A DNA stretch of 64,000 nt from Eledone cirrhosa (GCA_964016885.1 OZ024742.1:166036001-166100000), one strand, 5' to 3'; shown: positions 24,401 to 39,400, numbered from the stretch's first letter. The notes: generated by a model from the letters alone, not told the origin. Numbers and translations: made by a program.

Positions 24401-27400
24401 GAGATAATTTCCCGCCAGCCAAGGGAAGATAATATTTAAAAAAATCAGGCGGAGATAATTTGTAAAAAAAATCAGGGGGAGATAATTTGTAAAAAAATCA
24501 GGGGGAGATAATTTGTAAAAAAAATCAAGGGGAGATAATTTCCAGCCGTCCAAGGGGAGGTAATATCTAACCGTCCAAGGGGAGATAATTTCCAGCCGTC
24601 CAAGAGGAGATAATTTCCAGCCGTCCAAGGGTAGATAATATCCAGCCGTCCAAGGAGACATATTTTCCAGCCGTCCAAGGAGAGGTAATTTCTAGCCGTC
24701 CAAAGGGAGATAAATTCCAGCCTCCAAGGGGAGATAATTTCCAGCCAGCCAAGGGGAGATAATTTGTAAAAAAAATCAGGGGGAGATAATTTGTAAAAAA
24801 AATCAGGGGGAGATAATTTGTAAAAAAAATCAGGGGGAGATAATTTGTAAAAAAAAAATCAGGGGGAGATAATTTGTAAAAAAAATCAGGGGGAGATGAT
24901 TTGTAAAAAAAAATCAGGGGTAGATAATTTGTAAAAAAAAATCAGGGGGAGATAATTTGTAAAAAAAAATCAGGGGGAGATAATTTGTAAAAAAAATCAA
25001 GGGGAGATAATTTCCAGCCGTCGAAGGGAAGATAATTTCCAGCCCTCCAAGGGGCTATAATTTCCAGCGTCCAAGGGGAGATAATTTCCAGCCGTCCAAG
25101 GGGAGATAATTTCCAGCCGTCCAAGGGTAGATAATATCCAGCCGTCCAAGTAGACATTTTCCAGCCGTCCAAGGAGAGGTAATTTCTAGCCGTCCAAGGG
25201 GAGATAAATTCCAGCCTCCAAGGGGAGATAATTTCCAGCCAGCCAAGGGAAGATAATTTGTAAAAAAATCAGGGGGAGATAATTTGTAAAAAAAATCAGG
25301 GGGAGATAATTTGTAAAAAAAAATCAGGGGGAGATAATTTGTAAAAAAAAATCAGGGGGAGATAATTTGTAAAAAAAATCAGGGGGAGATAATTTGTAAA
25401 AAAAATCAAGGGGAGATAATTTCCAGCCGTCCAAGGGGAGATAATTTTCAGCCGTCCAAGGGGAGATAATTTCCAGCCGTCCAAGGGGAGATAATTTCCA
25501 TCCTTCCAAGGGGAGATAATTTCCAGCCGTCCAAGGGGAGATAATTTTCAGCCGTCCAAGGGGAGATAATTTCCCGCCAGCCAAGGGAAGATAATATTTT
25601 AAAAAATCAGGCGGAGATAATTTGTAAAAAAAATCAGGGGGAGATAATTTGTAAAAAAATCAGGGGGAGATAATTTGTAAAAAAAAAATCAGGGGGAGAT
25701 AATTTGTAAAAAAAATCAGGGGGAGATAATTTGTAAAAAAAAATCAGGGGTAGATAATTTGTAAAAAAAAATCAGGGGGAGATAATTTGTAAAAAAAAAA
25801 TCAGGGGGAGGTAATTTGTAAAAAAAATCAAGGGGAGATAATTTCCAGCCGTCCAAGGAGAGATAATTTTTAAAAAAAATCAGGCGGAGATAATTTGTAA
25901 AAAAAAATCAAGGGGAGATAATTTGTAAAAAAAAATCAAGGGGAGATAATTTCCAGCCGTCCAAGGGAAGATAATTTCCAGCACTCCAAGGGGCTATAAT
26001 TTCCAGTGTCCAAGGGGAGATAATTTCCAGCCAGCGAAGGGGAGATAATTTTTTTAAAAAAATCAGGGGGAGATATGTAAAAAAAATCAGAGGGAGATAA
26101 TTTCTAAAAAAAATCAAAGGGAGATAATTTCCAGCCGTCCAAAGAGAGATAATTTCTAGCCGTCCAAGGGGAGATAATTTCCAGCCAAGGGGAGATAATT
26201 TCCAGCCGTCCAAGGGGAGATAATTATTTAAAAAATCAGGTGGAGATAATTTGTAAAAAAAAAATCAAGGGCAGATAATTTCCAGCTGTCCAAGGGGAGA
26301 TAATTTCCAGCAGTGCAAGGGGAGATAATTTCCAGCCGTCCAAGGGGAGATAATTTCCATCCTTCCAAGGGGAGATAATGTCCAGCCGTCCAAGGGGAGA
26401 TAATTTCCCGCCAGCCAAGGGAAGATAATTTTTAAAAAAATCAGGCGGAGATTGTAAAAAAAATCAGGGGGAGATAATTTGTAAAAAAAAAATCAGGGGG
26501 AGATAATTTGTAAAAAAATCAGGGGTAGATAATTTGTAAAAAAAAATCAGGGGGAGATAATTTGTAAAAAAAAATCAGGGGGAGATAATTTCTAAAAAAA
26601 TCAAGGGGAGATAATATGCAGCCGTCCAAGGGGAGATAATTTTCAGCCGTCCAAGGAGAGGTAATTTCTAGCCGTCCAAGGGGAGATAATTTCCAGCCGT
26701 CCAAGGGGAGATAATTTCCAGCCGTCCAAGGGTAGATAATATCCAGCCGTCCAAGTAGATATATTTTCCAGCCGTCCAAGGAGAGGTAATTTCTAGCCGT
26801 CCAAGGGGAGATAAATTCCAGCCTCCAAGGGGAGATAATTTCCAGCCAGCCAAGGGGAGATAATTTGTAAAAAAATCAGGGGGAGATAATTTGTAAAAAA
26901 AATCAGGGGGAGATAATTTGTAAAAAAAAATCAGGGGGAGATAATTTGTAAAAAAAATCAGGGGGAGATAATTTGTAAAAACAAATCAAGGGGAGATAAT
27001 TTGTAAAAAAAATCAGGGGGAGATAATTTGTAAAAACAAATCAAGGGGAGATAATTTCCAGCCGTCCAAGGGGAGATAATTTTCAGCCGCCCAAGGGGAG
27101 ATAATTTCCCGCCAGCCAAGGGAAGATAATATTTAAAAAATCAGGCGGAGATAATTTGTAAAAAAAATCAGGGGGAGATAATTTGTAAAAAAATCAGGGG
27201 GAGATAATTTGTAAAAAAAAAATCAGGGGGAGATAATTTGTAAAAAAAATCAGGGGGAGATGATTTGTAAAAAAAATCAGGGGTAGATAATTTGTAAAAA
27301 AAAATCAGGGGGAGATAATTTGTAAAAAAAAATCAGCGGGAGATAATTTGTAAGAAAAATCAAGAGGAGATAATTTCCAGCCGTCGAAGGGAAGATAATT

Positions 27401-27790
27401 TCCAGCCCTCCAAGGGGCTATAATTTCCAGCGTCCAAGGGGAGATAATTTCCAGCCAGCGAAGGGAAGATAATTTTTTTAAAAAAATCATTGGGAGATTT
27501 GTAAAAAAAATCAGGGGGAGATAATTTGTAAAAAAAATCAAGGGGAGATAATTTCCAGCCGTCCAAGGGGAGGTAATATCTAGCCGTCCAAGGGGAGATA
27601 ATTTGCAGCCGTCCAAGGGGAGATAATTTCCAGCCGTCCAAGGGTAGATAATATCCATCCGTCCAAGTAGACATTTTCCAGCCTTCCAAGGAGAGGTAAT
27701 TTCTAGCCGTCCAAGGGGAGATAAATTCCAGCCTCCAAGGGGAGATAATTTCCAGCCAGCCAAGGGGAGATAATTTGTAAAAAAATCAGG
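17900..27790 (+). repeat. Tandem duplication with a 4,930-bp period (Y end + X + divergent Y start)
   Basis: Offset is exactly 4,930 for 18628->23558, 19456->24386, 20978->25908 and 21589->26519. It becomes 4,855 after a 75-bp (3 A monomer) deletion near 26,690. Confidence 0.9.
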
Positions 27791-28544
27791 GGGAGATAAT
27801 TTGTAAAAAAAAATCAGGGGGAGATAATTTGTAAAAAAAAATCAGGGGGAGATAATTTGTAAAAAAAATCAAGGGGAGATAATTTCCAGCCGTCCAAGGG
27901 GAGATAATTTCCAGCCGTGCAAGGGGAGATAATTTCCAGCCGTCCAAGGGGAGATAATTTCCATCCTTCCAAGGGGAGATAATCTCCAGCCGTCCAAGGG
28001 GAGATAATTTCCCGCCAGCCAAGGGAAGATAATTTTTAAAAAAATCAGGCGGAGATTGTAAAAAAAATCAGGGGGAGATAATTTGTAAAAAAATCAGGGG
28101 GAGATAATTTGTAAAAAAAAAATCAGGGGAGATAATTTGTAAAAAAAAATCAGGGGGAGATAATTTGTAAAAAAAAAATCAGGGGGAGATAATTTGTAAA
28201 AAAAATCAGGGGTAGATAATTTGTAAAAAAAAATCAGGGGGAGATAATTTGTAAAAAAAAATCAGTGGGAGATAATTTGTAAAAAAATCAAGGGGAGATA
28301 ATATGCAGCCGTCCAAGGGGAGATAATTTTCAGCCGTCCAAGGAGAGTTAATTTCTAGCCGTCCAAGGGGAGATAATTTCCAGCCGTCCAAGGGGAGATA
28401 ATTTCCAGCCGTCCAAGGGGAGATAGTTTTTTTAAAAAATCAGGCGGAGATAATTTGTAAAAAAAAAATCAGGGGGAGATAATTTGTAAAAAAAAATCAG
28501 GGGGAGATAATTTGTAAAAAAAAATCAAGGGGAGATAATTTGTA

Positions 28545-29965
28545 AAAAAAATCAGGGGGAGATAATTTGTAAAAAAAAATCAGGGGGAGATAATTTGTAA
28601 AAAAAAATCAGGGGGAGATAATTTGTAAAAAAAATCAGGGGGAGATAATTTGTAAAAAAAATCAAGGGGAGATAATTTCCAGCCGTCCAAGGGGAGATAA
28701 TTTTCAGCCGTCCAAGGGGAGATAATTTCCAGCCGTCCAAGGGGAGATAATTTCCATCCTTCCAAGGGGAGATAATTTCCAGCCGTCCAAGGGGAGATAA
28801 TTTTCAGCCGTCCAAGGGGAGATAATTTCCCGCCAGCCAAGGGAAGATAATATTTTAAAAAATCAGGCGGAGATAATTTGTAAAAAAAATCAGGGGGAGA
28901 TAATTTGTAAAAAAATCAGGGGGAGATAATTTGTAAAAAAAAAATCAGGGGGAGATAATTTGTAAAAAAAATCAGGGGGAGATAATTTGTAAAAAAAAAT
29001 CAGGGGTAGATAATTTGTAAAAAAAAATCAGGGGGAGATAATTTGTAAAAAAAAAATCAGGGGGAGGTAATTTGTAAAAAAAATCAAGGGGAGATAATTT
29101 CCAGCCGTCCAAGGAGAGATAATTTTTAAAAAAAATCAGGCGGAGATAATTTGTAAAAAAAAATCAAGGGGAGATAATTTGTAAAAAAAAATCAAGGGGA
29201 GATAATTTGTAAAAAAAATCAAGGGGAGATAATTTCCAGCCGTCCAAGGGAAGATAATTTCCAGCACTCCAAGGGGCTATAATTTCCAGTGTCCAAGGGG
29301 AGATAATTTCCAGCCAGCGAAGGGGAGATAATTTTTTTAAAAAAATCAGGGGGAGATATGTAAAAAAAATCAGAGGGAGATAATTTCTAAAAAAAATCAA
29401 AGGGAGATAATTTCCAGCCGTCCAAAGAGAGATAATTTCTAGCCGTCCAAGGGGAGATAATTTCCAGCCAAGGGGAGATAATTTCCAGCCGTCCAAGGGG
29501 AGATAATTATTTAAAAAATCAGGTGGAGATAATTTGTAAAAAAAAAATCAAGGGCAGATAATTTTCAGCTGTCCAAGGGGAGATAATTTCCATCCTTCCA
29601 AGGGGAGATAATGTCCAGCCGTCCAAGGGGAGATAATTTCCCGCCAGCCATGGGAAGATAATTTTTAAAAAAATCAGGCGGAGACTGTAAAAAAAATCAG
29701 GGGGAGATAATTTGTAAAAAAAAAATCAGGGGGAGATAATTTGTAAAAAAAATCAGGGGTAGATAATTTGTAAAAAAAAATCAGGGGGAGATAATTTGTA
29801 AAAAAAAATCAGGGGGAGATAATTTCTAAAAAAATCAAGGGGAGATAATATGCAGCCGTCCAAGGGGAGATAATTTTCAGCCGTCCAAGGAGAGGTAATT
29901 TCTAGCCGTCCAAGGGGAGATAATTTCCAGCCGTCCAAGGGGAGATAATTTCCAGCCGTCCAAGG
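28545..29965 (+). repeat. Partial copy of module X (offset 3,256 from 25.3-26.7 kb)
   Basis: 25296->28552 and 25908->29164 are both +3,256. Confidence 0.8.
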
Positions 29966-30429
29966 GGAGATAGTTTTTTTTTAAAAATCAGGCGGAGATA
30001 ATTTGTAAAAAAAAAATCAGGGGGAGATAATTTGTAAAAAAAAATCAGGGGGAGATAATTTGTAAAAAAAAATCAGGGGGAGATAATTTGTAAAAAAAAT
30101 CAGGGGGAGATAATTAGTAAAAAAAATCAAGGGGAGATAATTTCCAGCCGTCCAAGGGGAGGTAATATCTAGCCGTCCAAGGGGAGATAATTTCCAGCCG
30201 TCCAAGGGGAGATAATTTCCAGCCGTCCAAGGGTAGATAATATCCAGCCGTCCAAGTAGATATATTTTCCAGCCGTCCAAGGAGAGGTAATTTCTAGCCG
30301 TCCAAGGGGAGATAAATTCCAGCCTCCAAGGGGAGATAATTTCCAGCCAGCCAAGGGGAGATAATTTGTAAAAAAAATCAGGGGGAGATAATTTGTAAAA
30401 AAAAATCAGGGGGAGATAATTTGTAAAAA

Positions 30430-33400
30430 AAATCAGGGGGAGATAATTTGTAAAAACAAATCAAGGGGAGATAATTTCCAGCCGTCCAAGGGGAGATAAT
30501 TTTCAGCCGCCCAAGGGGAGATAATATCCCGCCAGCCAAGGGAAGATAATATTTAAAAAATCAGGCGGAGATAATTTGTAAAAAAAATCAGGGGGAGATA
30601 ATTTGTAAAAAAATCAGGGGGAGATAATTTGTAAAAAAAAAATCAGGGGGAGATAATTTGTAAAAAAAATCAGGGGGAGATGATTTGTAAAAAAAATCAG
30701 GGGTAGATAATTTGTAAAAAAAAAATCAGGGGGAGATAATTTGTAAAAAAAAATCAGGGGGAGATAATTTGTAAGAAAAATCAAGAGGAGATAATTTCCA
30801 GCCGTCGAAGGGAAGATAATTTCCAGCCCTCCAAGGGGCTATAATTTCCAGCGTCCAAGGGGAGATAATTTCCAGCCAGCGAAGGGGAGATAATTTTTTT
30901 AAAAAAATCATTGGGAGATTTGTAAAAAAAATCAGGGGGAGATAATTTGTAAAAAAAATCAAGGGGAGATAATTTCCAGCCGTCCAAGGGGAGGTAATAT
31001 CTAGCCGTCCAAGGGGAGATAATATCCAGCCGTCCAAGTAGACATTTTCCAGCCGTCCAAGGAGAGGTAATTTCTAACCGTCCAAGGGGAGATAAATTCC
31101 AGCCTCCAAGGGGAGATAATTTCCAGCCAGCCAAGGGGAGATAATTTGTAAAAAAATCAGGGGGAGATAATTTGTAAAAAAAAATCAGGGGGAGATAATT
31201 TGTAAAAAAAAATCAGGGGGAGATAATTTGTAAAAAAAAATCAGGGGGAGATAATTTGTAAAAAAAATCAAGGGGAGATAATTTCCAGCCGTCCAAGGGG
31301 AGATAATTTCCAGCCGTGCAAGGGGAGATAATTTCCAGCCGTCCAAGGGGAGATAATTTCCATCCTTCCAAGGGGAGATAATCTCCAGCCGTCCAAGGGG
31401 AGATAATTTCCCGCCAGCCAAGGGAAGATAATTTTTAAAAAAATCAGGCGGAGATTGTAAAAAAAATCAGGGGGAGATAATTTGTAAAAAAATCAGGGGG
31501 AGATAATTTGTAAAAAAAAAATCAGGGGAGATAATTTGTAAAAAAAAATCAGGGGGAGATAATTTGTAAAAAAAAAATCAGGGGGAGATAATTTGTAAAA
31601 AAAATCAGGGGTAGATAATTTGTAAAAAAAAATCAGGGGGAGATAATTTGTAAAAAAAAATCAGTGGGAGATAATTTGTAAAAAAATCAAGGGGAGATAA
31701 TATGCAGCCGTCCAAGGGGAGATAATTTTCAGCCGTCCAAGGAGAGTTAATTTCTAGCCGTCCAAGGGGAGATAATTTCCAGCCGTCCAAGGGGAGATAA
31801 TTTCCAGCCGTCCAAGGGGAGATAGTTTTTTTAAAAAATCAGGCGGAGATAATTTGTAAAAAAAAAATCAGGGGGAGATAATTTGTAAAAAAAAATCAGG
31901 GGGAGATAATTTGTAAAAAAAAATCAAGGGGAGATAATTTGTAAAAAAAATCAGGGGGAGATAATTAGTAAAAAAATCAAGGGGAGATAATTTCCAGCCG
32001 TCCAAGGGGAGGTAATATCTAGCCGTCCAAGGGGAGATAATTTCCAGCCGTCCAAGGGGAGATAATTTCCAGCCGTCCAAGGGTAGATAATATCCAGCCG
32101 TCCAAGTAGACATATTATCCAGCCGTCCAAGGAGAGGTAATTTCTAGCCGTCCAAGGGGAGATAAATTCCAGCCTCCAAGGGGAGATAATTTCCAGCCAG
32201 CCAAGGGGAGATAATTTGTAAAAAAAATCAGGGGGAGATAATTTGTAAAAAAAATCAGGGGGAGATAATTTGTAAAAAAAAATCAGGGGGAGATAATTTG
32301 TAAAAAAAATCAGGGGGAGATAATTTGTAAAAAAAAATCAGGGGGAGATAATTTGTAAAAAAAAATCAGGGGTAGATAATTTGTAACAAAAAATCAGGGG
32401 GAGATAATTTGTAAAAAAAATCAATGGGAGATAATTTCCAGCCGTCCAAGGGGAGATAATTTCCAGCCGTCCAAGGGGAGGTAATATCTAGCCGTCCAAG
32501 GGGAGATAATTTCCAGCCGTCCAAGAGGAGATAATTTCCAGCCGTCCAAGGGAAGATAATTTCAAGCCCTCCAAGGGGCTATAATTTCCAGTGTCCAAGG
32601 GGAGATAATTTCCAGCCAGCGAAGGGGAGATAATTTTTTTTTAAAAATCAGGGGGAGATTTGTAAAAAAAATCAGGGGGAGATAATTTGTAAAAAAAATC
32701 AAGGGGAGATAATTTCCAGCCGTCGAAGGGAAGATAATTTCCAGCCCTCCAAGGGGCTATAATTTCCAGCGTCCAAGGGGAGATAATTTCCAGCCAGCGA
32801 AGGGGAGATAATTTTTTTAAAAAAATCATTGGGAGATTTGTAAAAAAAATCAGGGAGAGATAATTTGTAAAAAAAATCAAGGGGAGATAATTTCCAGCCG
32901 TCCAAGGGGAGGTAATATCTAGCCGTCCAAGGGGAGATAATTTCCAGCCGTCCAAGGGGAGATAATTTCCAGCCGTCCAAGGGTAGATAATATCCAGCCG
33001 TCCAAGTAGACATTTTCCAGCCGTCCAAGGAGAGGTAATTTCTAGCCGTCCAAGGGGAGATAAATTCCAGCCTCCAAGGGGAGATAATTTCCAGCCAGCC
33101 AAGGGGAGATAATTTGTAAAAAAATCAGGGGGAGATAATTTGTAAAAAAAATCAGGGGGAGATAATTTGTAAAAAAAAATCAGGGGGAGATAATTTGTAA
33201 AAAAAAATCAGGGGGAGATAATTTGTAAAAAAAAATCAGGGGGAGATAATTTGTAAAAAAAATCAAGGGGAGATAATTTCCAGCCGTCCAAGGGGAGATA
33301 ATTTTCAGCCGTCCAAGGGGAGATAATTTCCAGCCGTCCAAGGGGAGATAATTTCCATCCTTCCAAGGGGAGATAATTTCCAGCCAACCAAGGGAAGATA

Positions 33401-36400
33401 ATTTTTAAAAAAATCAGGCGGAGATTGTAAAAAAAATCAGGGGGAGATAATTTGTAAAAAAATCAGGGGGAGATAATTTGTAAAAAAAAAATCAGGGGGA
33501 GATAATTTGTAAAAAAAATCAGGGGGAGATAATTTGTAAAAAAAAATCAAGGGGAGATAATTTGTACAAAAAATCAGGGGTATATAATTTGTAAAAAAAA
33601 ATCAGGGGGAGATAATTTGTAAAAAAAAATCAGGGGGAGATAATTTGTAAAAAAAATCAAGGGGAGATAATTTGCAGCCGTCCAAGGGGAGATAATTTTC
33701 AGCCGTCCAAGGAGAGGTAATTTCTAGCCGTCCAAGGTGAGATAATATCCAGCCGTCCAAGGGGAGATAATTTCCAGCCGTCCAAGGGGAGATAATTTAA
33801 AAAAAAAAACAGGCGAAGATAATTTGTAAAAAAAAATCAGGGGGAGATAATTTGTAAAAAAAATCAGGGGGAGGTAATTTGTAAAAAAAATCAAGGGGAG
33901 ATAATTTCCAGCCGTCCAAGGGAAGATAATTTCCAGCCCTCCAAGGGGCTATAATTTCCAGCGTCCAAGGGGAGATAATTTCCAGCCACCGAAGGGGAGA
34001 TAATTTTTTTTTTTTTAAATCAGGGGGACATAATTTGTAAAAAAAAATCAGGGGGAGATAATTTGTAAAAAAAATCTAGGGGAGATAATTTGTAAAAAAA
34101 AATCAGGGTGAGATAATTTGTAAAAAAAAATCAGGGGGAGATAATTTGTAAAAAAAATTAAGGGGAGATAATTTGTAAAAAAAATCAAGGGGAGATAATT
34201 TCCAGCCGTCCAAGGAGAGGTAATTTCTAGACGTCCAAGGGGAGATAATTTCCAGCCGTCCAAGGGGAGATAATTTCCAGCCGTCCAAGGGTAGATAATA
34301 TCCAGCCGTCCAAGGAGGCATATTTTCCAGCTTTCCAAGGAGAGGTAATTTCTAGCCGTCCAAGGGGAGATAAATTCCAGCCTCCAAGGGGAGATAATTT
34401 CCAGCCAGCCAAGGGGAGATAATTTGTAAAAAAAATCAGGGGGAGATAATTTGTAAAAAAAATCAGGGGGAGATAATTTGTAAAAAAAATCAGGGGGAGA
34501 TAATTTCCAGCCGTCCAAGGGGAGATAATTTTCAGCCGTCCAAGGGGAGATAATTTCCCGCCAGCCAAGGGAAGATAATATTTAAAAAATGAGGCGGAGA
34601 TAATTTGTAAAAAAAATCAGGTGGAGATAATTTGTAAAAAAATCAGGGGGAGATAATTTGTAAAAAAAAAATCAGGGGGAGATAATTTGTAAAAAAAATC
34701 AGGGGGAGATAATTTGTAAAAAAAATCAGGGGGAGATAATTTCCAGCCGTCCAAGGGGAGATAATTTTCAGCCGTCCAAGGGGAGATAATTTCCCGCCAG
34801 CCAAGGGAAGATAATATTTAAAAAATGAGGCGGAGATAATTTGTAAAAAAAATCAGGTGGAGATAATTTGTAAAAAAATCAGGGGGAGATAATTTGTAAA
34901 AAAAAAATCAGGGGGAGATAATTTGTAAAAAAAATCAGGGGGAGATAATTTGTAAAAAAAAATCAGGTGTAGATAATTTGTAAAAAAAAATCAGGGGGAG
35001 ATAATTTGTAAAAAAAATCAGGGGGAGATAATTTATAAAAAAAATCAAGGGGAGATAATTTCCAGCCGTCCAAGGGAAGATAATTTCAAGCCCTCCAAGG
35101 GGCTATAATTTCCAGTGTCCAAGGGGAGATAATTTCCAGCCAGCGAAGGGGAGATAATTTTTTTTTAAAAATCAGGGGGAGATTTGTAAAAAAAATCAGG
35201 GGGAGATAATTTGTAAAAAAAATCAAAGGGAGATAATTTCCAGCCGTCCAAAGAGATAATTTCTAGCCGTCCAAGGGGAGATAATTTCGAGCCAGCCAAG
35301 GGAAGATAATTTTTTAAAAAATCAGGCGGAGATTGTAAAAAAAATCAGGGGGAGATAATTTGTAAAAAAATCAGGGGGAGATAATTTGTAAAAAAATCAA
35401 GGGGAGATAATTTCCAGCTGTCCAAGGGGAGGTAATATCTAGCCGTCCAAGGGGAGATAATTTCCAGCCGTCCAAGGGGAGATAATTTCCAGCCGTCCAA
35501 GGGTAGATAATATCCAGCCGTCCAAGGAGACATATTTTCCAGCCGTCCAAGGAGAGGTAATTTCTAGCCGTCCAAGTGGAGATAAATTCCAGCCTCCAAG
35601 GGGAGATAATTTCCAGCCAGCCAAGGGGAGATAATTTGTAAAAAAATCAGGGGGAGATAATTTGTAAAAAAAATCAGGGGGAGATAATTTGTAAAAAAAA
35701 ATCAGGGGGAGATAATTTGTAAAAAAAATCAGGGGGAGATAATTTGTAAAAAAAATCAAGGGGAGATAATTTCCAACCGTCCAAGGGGAGATAATTTTCA
35801 GCCGTCCAAGGGGAGATAATTTCCCGCCAGCCAAGGGAAGATAATATTTAAAAAATGAGGCGGAGATAATTTGTAAAAAAAAATCAGGGGTAGATAATTT
35901 GTAAAAAAAATCAGGGGGAGATAATTTGTAAAAAAAATCAAGGGGAGATAATTTCCAGCCGTCCAAGGAGAGATAATTTTAAAAAAAAATCAGGCGGGGA
36001 TAATTTGTAAAAAAAAATCAGGGGGAGATAATTTGTAAAAAAAAATCAGGGGGAGATAATTTGTAAAAAAAATCAAGGGGAGATAATTTCCAGCCGTCCA
36101 AGGGGAGATAATTTTCAGCCGTCCAAGGGGAGATAATTTCCAGCCGTCCAAGGGGAGATAATTTAAAAAAAAAATCAGGCGGAGATAATTTGTAAAAAAA
36201 AATCAGGGGGAGATAATTTGTAAAAAAAAATCAGGGGGAGATAATTTGTAAAAAAAATCAAGGGGAGATAATTTGCAACCGTCCAAGGGGACATAATTTT
36301 CAGTCGTCCAAGGAGAGGTAATTTCTAGCCGTACAAGGGGAGATAATTTCCAGCCGTCCAAGGGGAGATAATTTCCAGCCGTCCAAGGGGAGATAATTTT

Positions 36401-39400
36401 TTTTTAAAAATCAGGCGGAGATAATTTGTAAAAAAAAATCAGGGGGAGATAATTTGTAAAAAAAAATCAGGGGGAGATAATTTGTAAAAAAAAATCAGGG
36501 GGAGATAATTTGTAAAAAAAATCAAGGGGAGATAATTTCCAGCCGTCCAAGGGAAGATAATTTCCAGCCCTCCAAGGGGCTATAATTTCCAGCGTCCAAG
36601 GGGAGATAATTTCCAGCCAGCGAAGGGGAGATAATTGTTTTAAAAAAATCATTGGGAGATTTGTAAAAAAAATCAGGGGGAGATAATTAATAAAAAAAAT
36701 CAAGGGGAGATAATTTCCAGCCGTCCAAGGGGAGGTAATATCTAGCCGTCCAAGGGGAGATAATTTCCAGCCGTCCAAGGGGAGATAATTTCCAGCCGTC
36801 CAAGGGTAGATAATATCCAGCCGTCCAAGGAGACATATTTTCCAGCCGTCCAAGGAGAGGTAATTTCTAGCCGTCCAAGGGGAGATAAATTCCAGCCTCC
36901 AAGGGGAGATAATTTCCAGCCAGCCAAGGGGAGATAATTTGTAAAAAAATCAGGGGGAGATAATTTGTAAAAAAAATCAGGGGTAGATAATTTGTAAAAA
37001 AAAATCAGGGGGAGATAATTTGTAAAAAAAAATCAGGGGGAGATAATTTGTAAAAAAAATCAAGGGGAGATAATTTCCAGCCGTCCAAGGAGAGATAATT
37101 TTAAAAAAAAATCAGGCGGAGATAATTTGTAAAAAAAAATCAGGGGGAGATAATTTGTAAAAAAAAATCAGGGGGAGATAATTTGTAAAAAAAATCAAGG
37201 GGAGATAATTTCCAGCCGTCCAAGGGGAGATAATTTCCAGCCGTCCAAGGGGAGATAATTTTTTTAAAAAAATCAGGCGGAGATAATTTGTAAAAAAAAT
37301 CAGGGGGAGATAATTTGTAAAAAAAAATCAGGGGGAGATAATTTGTAAAAAAAAATCAGGGGGAGATAATTTCCAGCCGTCCAAGGTAAGATAATTTCCA
37401 GCCGTCCAAGGGGAGATAATTTCCAGCCGTCCAAGGGTAGATAATATCCAGCCGTCCAAGTAGATATATTTTCCAGCCGTCCAAGGAGAGGTAAATCTAG
37501 CCGTCCAAGGGGAGATCAATTCCAGCCTCCAAGGGGAGATAATTTCCAGCCAGCCAAGGGGAGATAATTTGTAAAAAAATCAGGGGGAGATAATTTGTAA
37601 AAAAAATCAGGGGGAGATAATTTGTAAAAAAAAATCAGGGGGAGATAATTTGTAAAAAAAAATCAGGGGGAGATAATTTGTAAAAAAAATCAGGGGGAGA
37701 TAATTTGTAAAAAAAAATCAGGGGGAGATAATTTGTAAAAAAAAATCAGGGGGAGATAATTTGTAAAAAAAAATCAGGGGGAGATAATTTGTAAAAAAAA
37801 TCAAGGGGAGATAATTTCCAGCCGTCCAAGGGGAGATAATTTCCAGCCGTCCAAGGGGAGGTAATATCTAGCCGTCCAAGGGGAGATAATTTCCAGCCGT
37901 CCAAGAGGAGATAATTTCCAGCCGTCCAAGGGTAGATAATATCCAGCCGTCCAAGGAGACATATTTTCCAGCCGTCCAAGGAGAGGTAATTTCTAGCCGT
38001 CCAAGGGGAGATAAATTCCAGCCTCCAAGGGGAGATAATTTGTAAAAAAAATCAGGGGGAGATAATTTGTAAAAACAAATCAAGGGGAGATAATTTCCAG
38101 CCGTCCAAGGGGAGATAATTTTCAGCCGCCCAAGGGGAGATAATATCCCGCCAGCCAAGGGAAGATAATATTTAAAAAATCAGGCGGAGATAATTTGTAA
38201 AAAAAATCAGGGGGAGATAATTTGTAAAAAAATCAGGGGGAGATAATTTGTAAAAAAAAAATCAGGGGGAGATAATTTGTAAAAAAAATCAGGGGGAGAT
38301 GATTTGTAAAAAAAATCAGGGGTAGATAATTTGTAAAAAAAAAATCAGGGGGAGATAATTTGTAAAAAAAAATCAGGGGGAGATAATTTGTAAGAAAAAT
38401 CAAGAGGAGATAATTTCCAGCCGTCGAAGGGAAGATAATTTCCAGCCCTCCAAGGGGCTATAATTTCCAGCGTCCAAGGGGAGATAATTTCCAGCCAGCG
38501 AAGGGGAGATAATTTTTTTAAAAAAATCATTGGGAGATTTGTAAAAAAAATCAGGGGGAGATAATTTGTAAAAAAAATCAAGGGGAGATAATTTCCAGCC
38601 GTCCAAGGGGAGGTAATATCTAGCCGTCCAAGGGGAGATAATTTCCAGCCGTCCAAGGGGAGATAATTTCCAGCCGTCCAAGGGTAGATAATATCCAGCC
38701 GTCCAAGTAGACATTTTCCAGCCGTCCAAGGAGAGGTAATTTCTAGCCGTCCAAGGGGAGATAAATTCCAGCCTCCAAGGGGAGATAATTTCCAGCCAGC
38801 CAAGGGGAGATAATTTGTAAAAAAATCAGGGGGAGATAATTTGTAAAAAAAAATCAGGGGGAGATAATTTGTAAAAAAAAATCAGGGGGAGATAATTTGT
38901 AAAAAAAAATCAGGGGGAGATAATTTGTAAAAAAAATCAAGGGGAGATAATTTCCAGCCGTCCAAGGGGAGATAATTTCCAGCCGTGCAAGGGGAGATAA
39001 TTTCCAGCCGTCCAAGGGGAGATAATTTCCATCCTTCCAAGGGGAGATAATCTCCAGCCGTCCAAGGGGAGATAATTTCCCGCCAGCCAAGGGAAGATAA
39101 TTTTTAAAAAAATCAGGCGGAGATTGTAAAAAAAATCAGGGGGAGATAATTTGTAAAAAAATCAGGGGGAGATAATTTGTAAAAAAAAAATCAGGGGAGA
39201 TAATTTGTAAAAAAAAATCAGGGGGAGATAATTTGTAAAAAAAAAATCAGGGGGAGATAATTTGTAAAAAAAATCAGGGGTAGATAATTTGTAAAAAAAA
39301 ATCAGGGGGAGATAATTTGTAAAAAAAAATCAGTGGGAGATAATTTGTAAAAAAATCAAGGGGAGATAATATGCAGCCGTCCAAGGGGAGATAATTTTCA

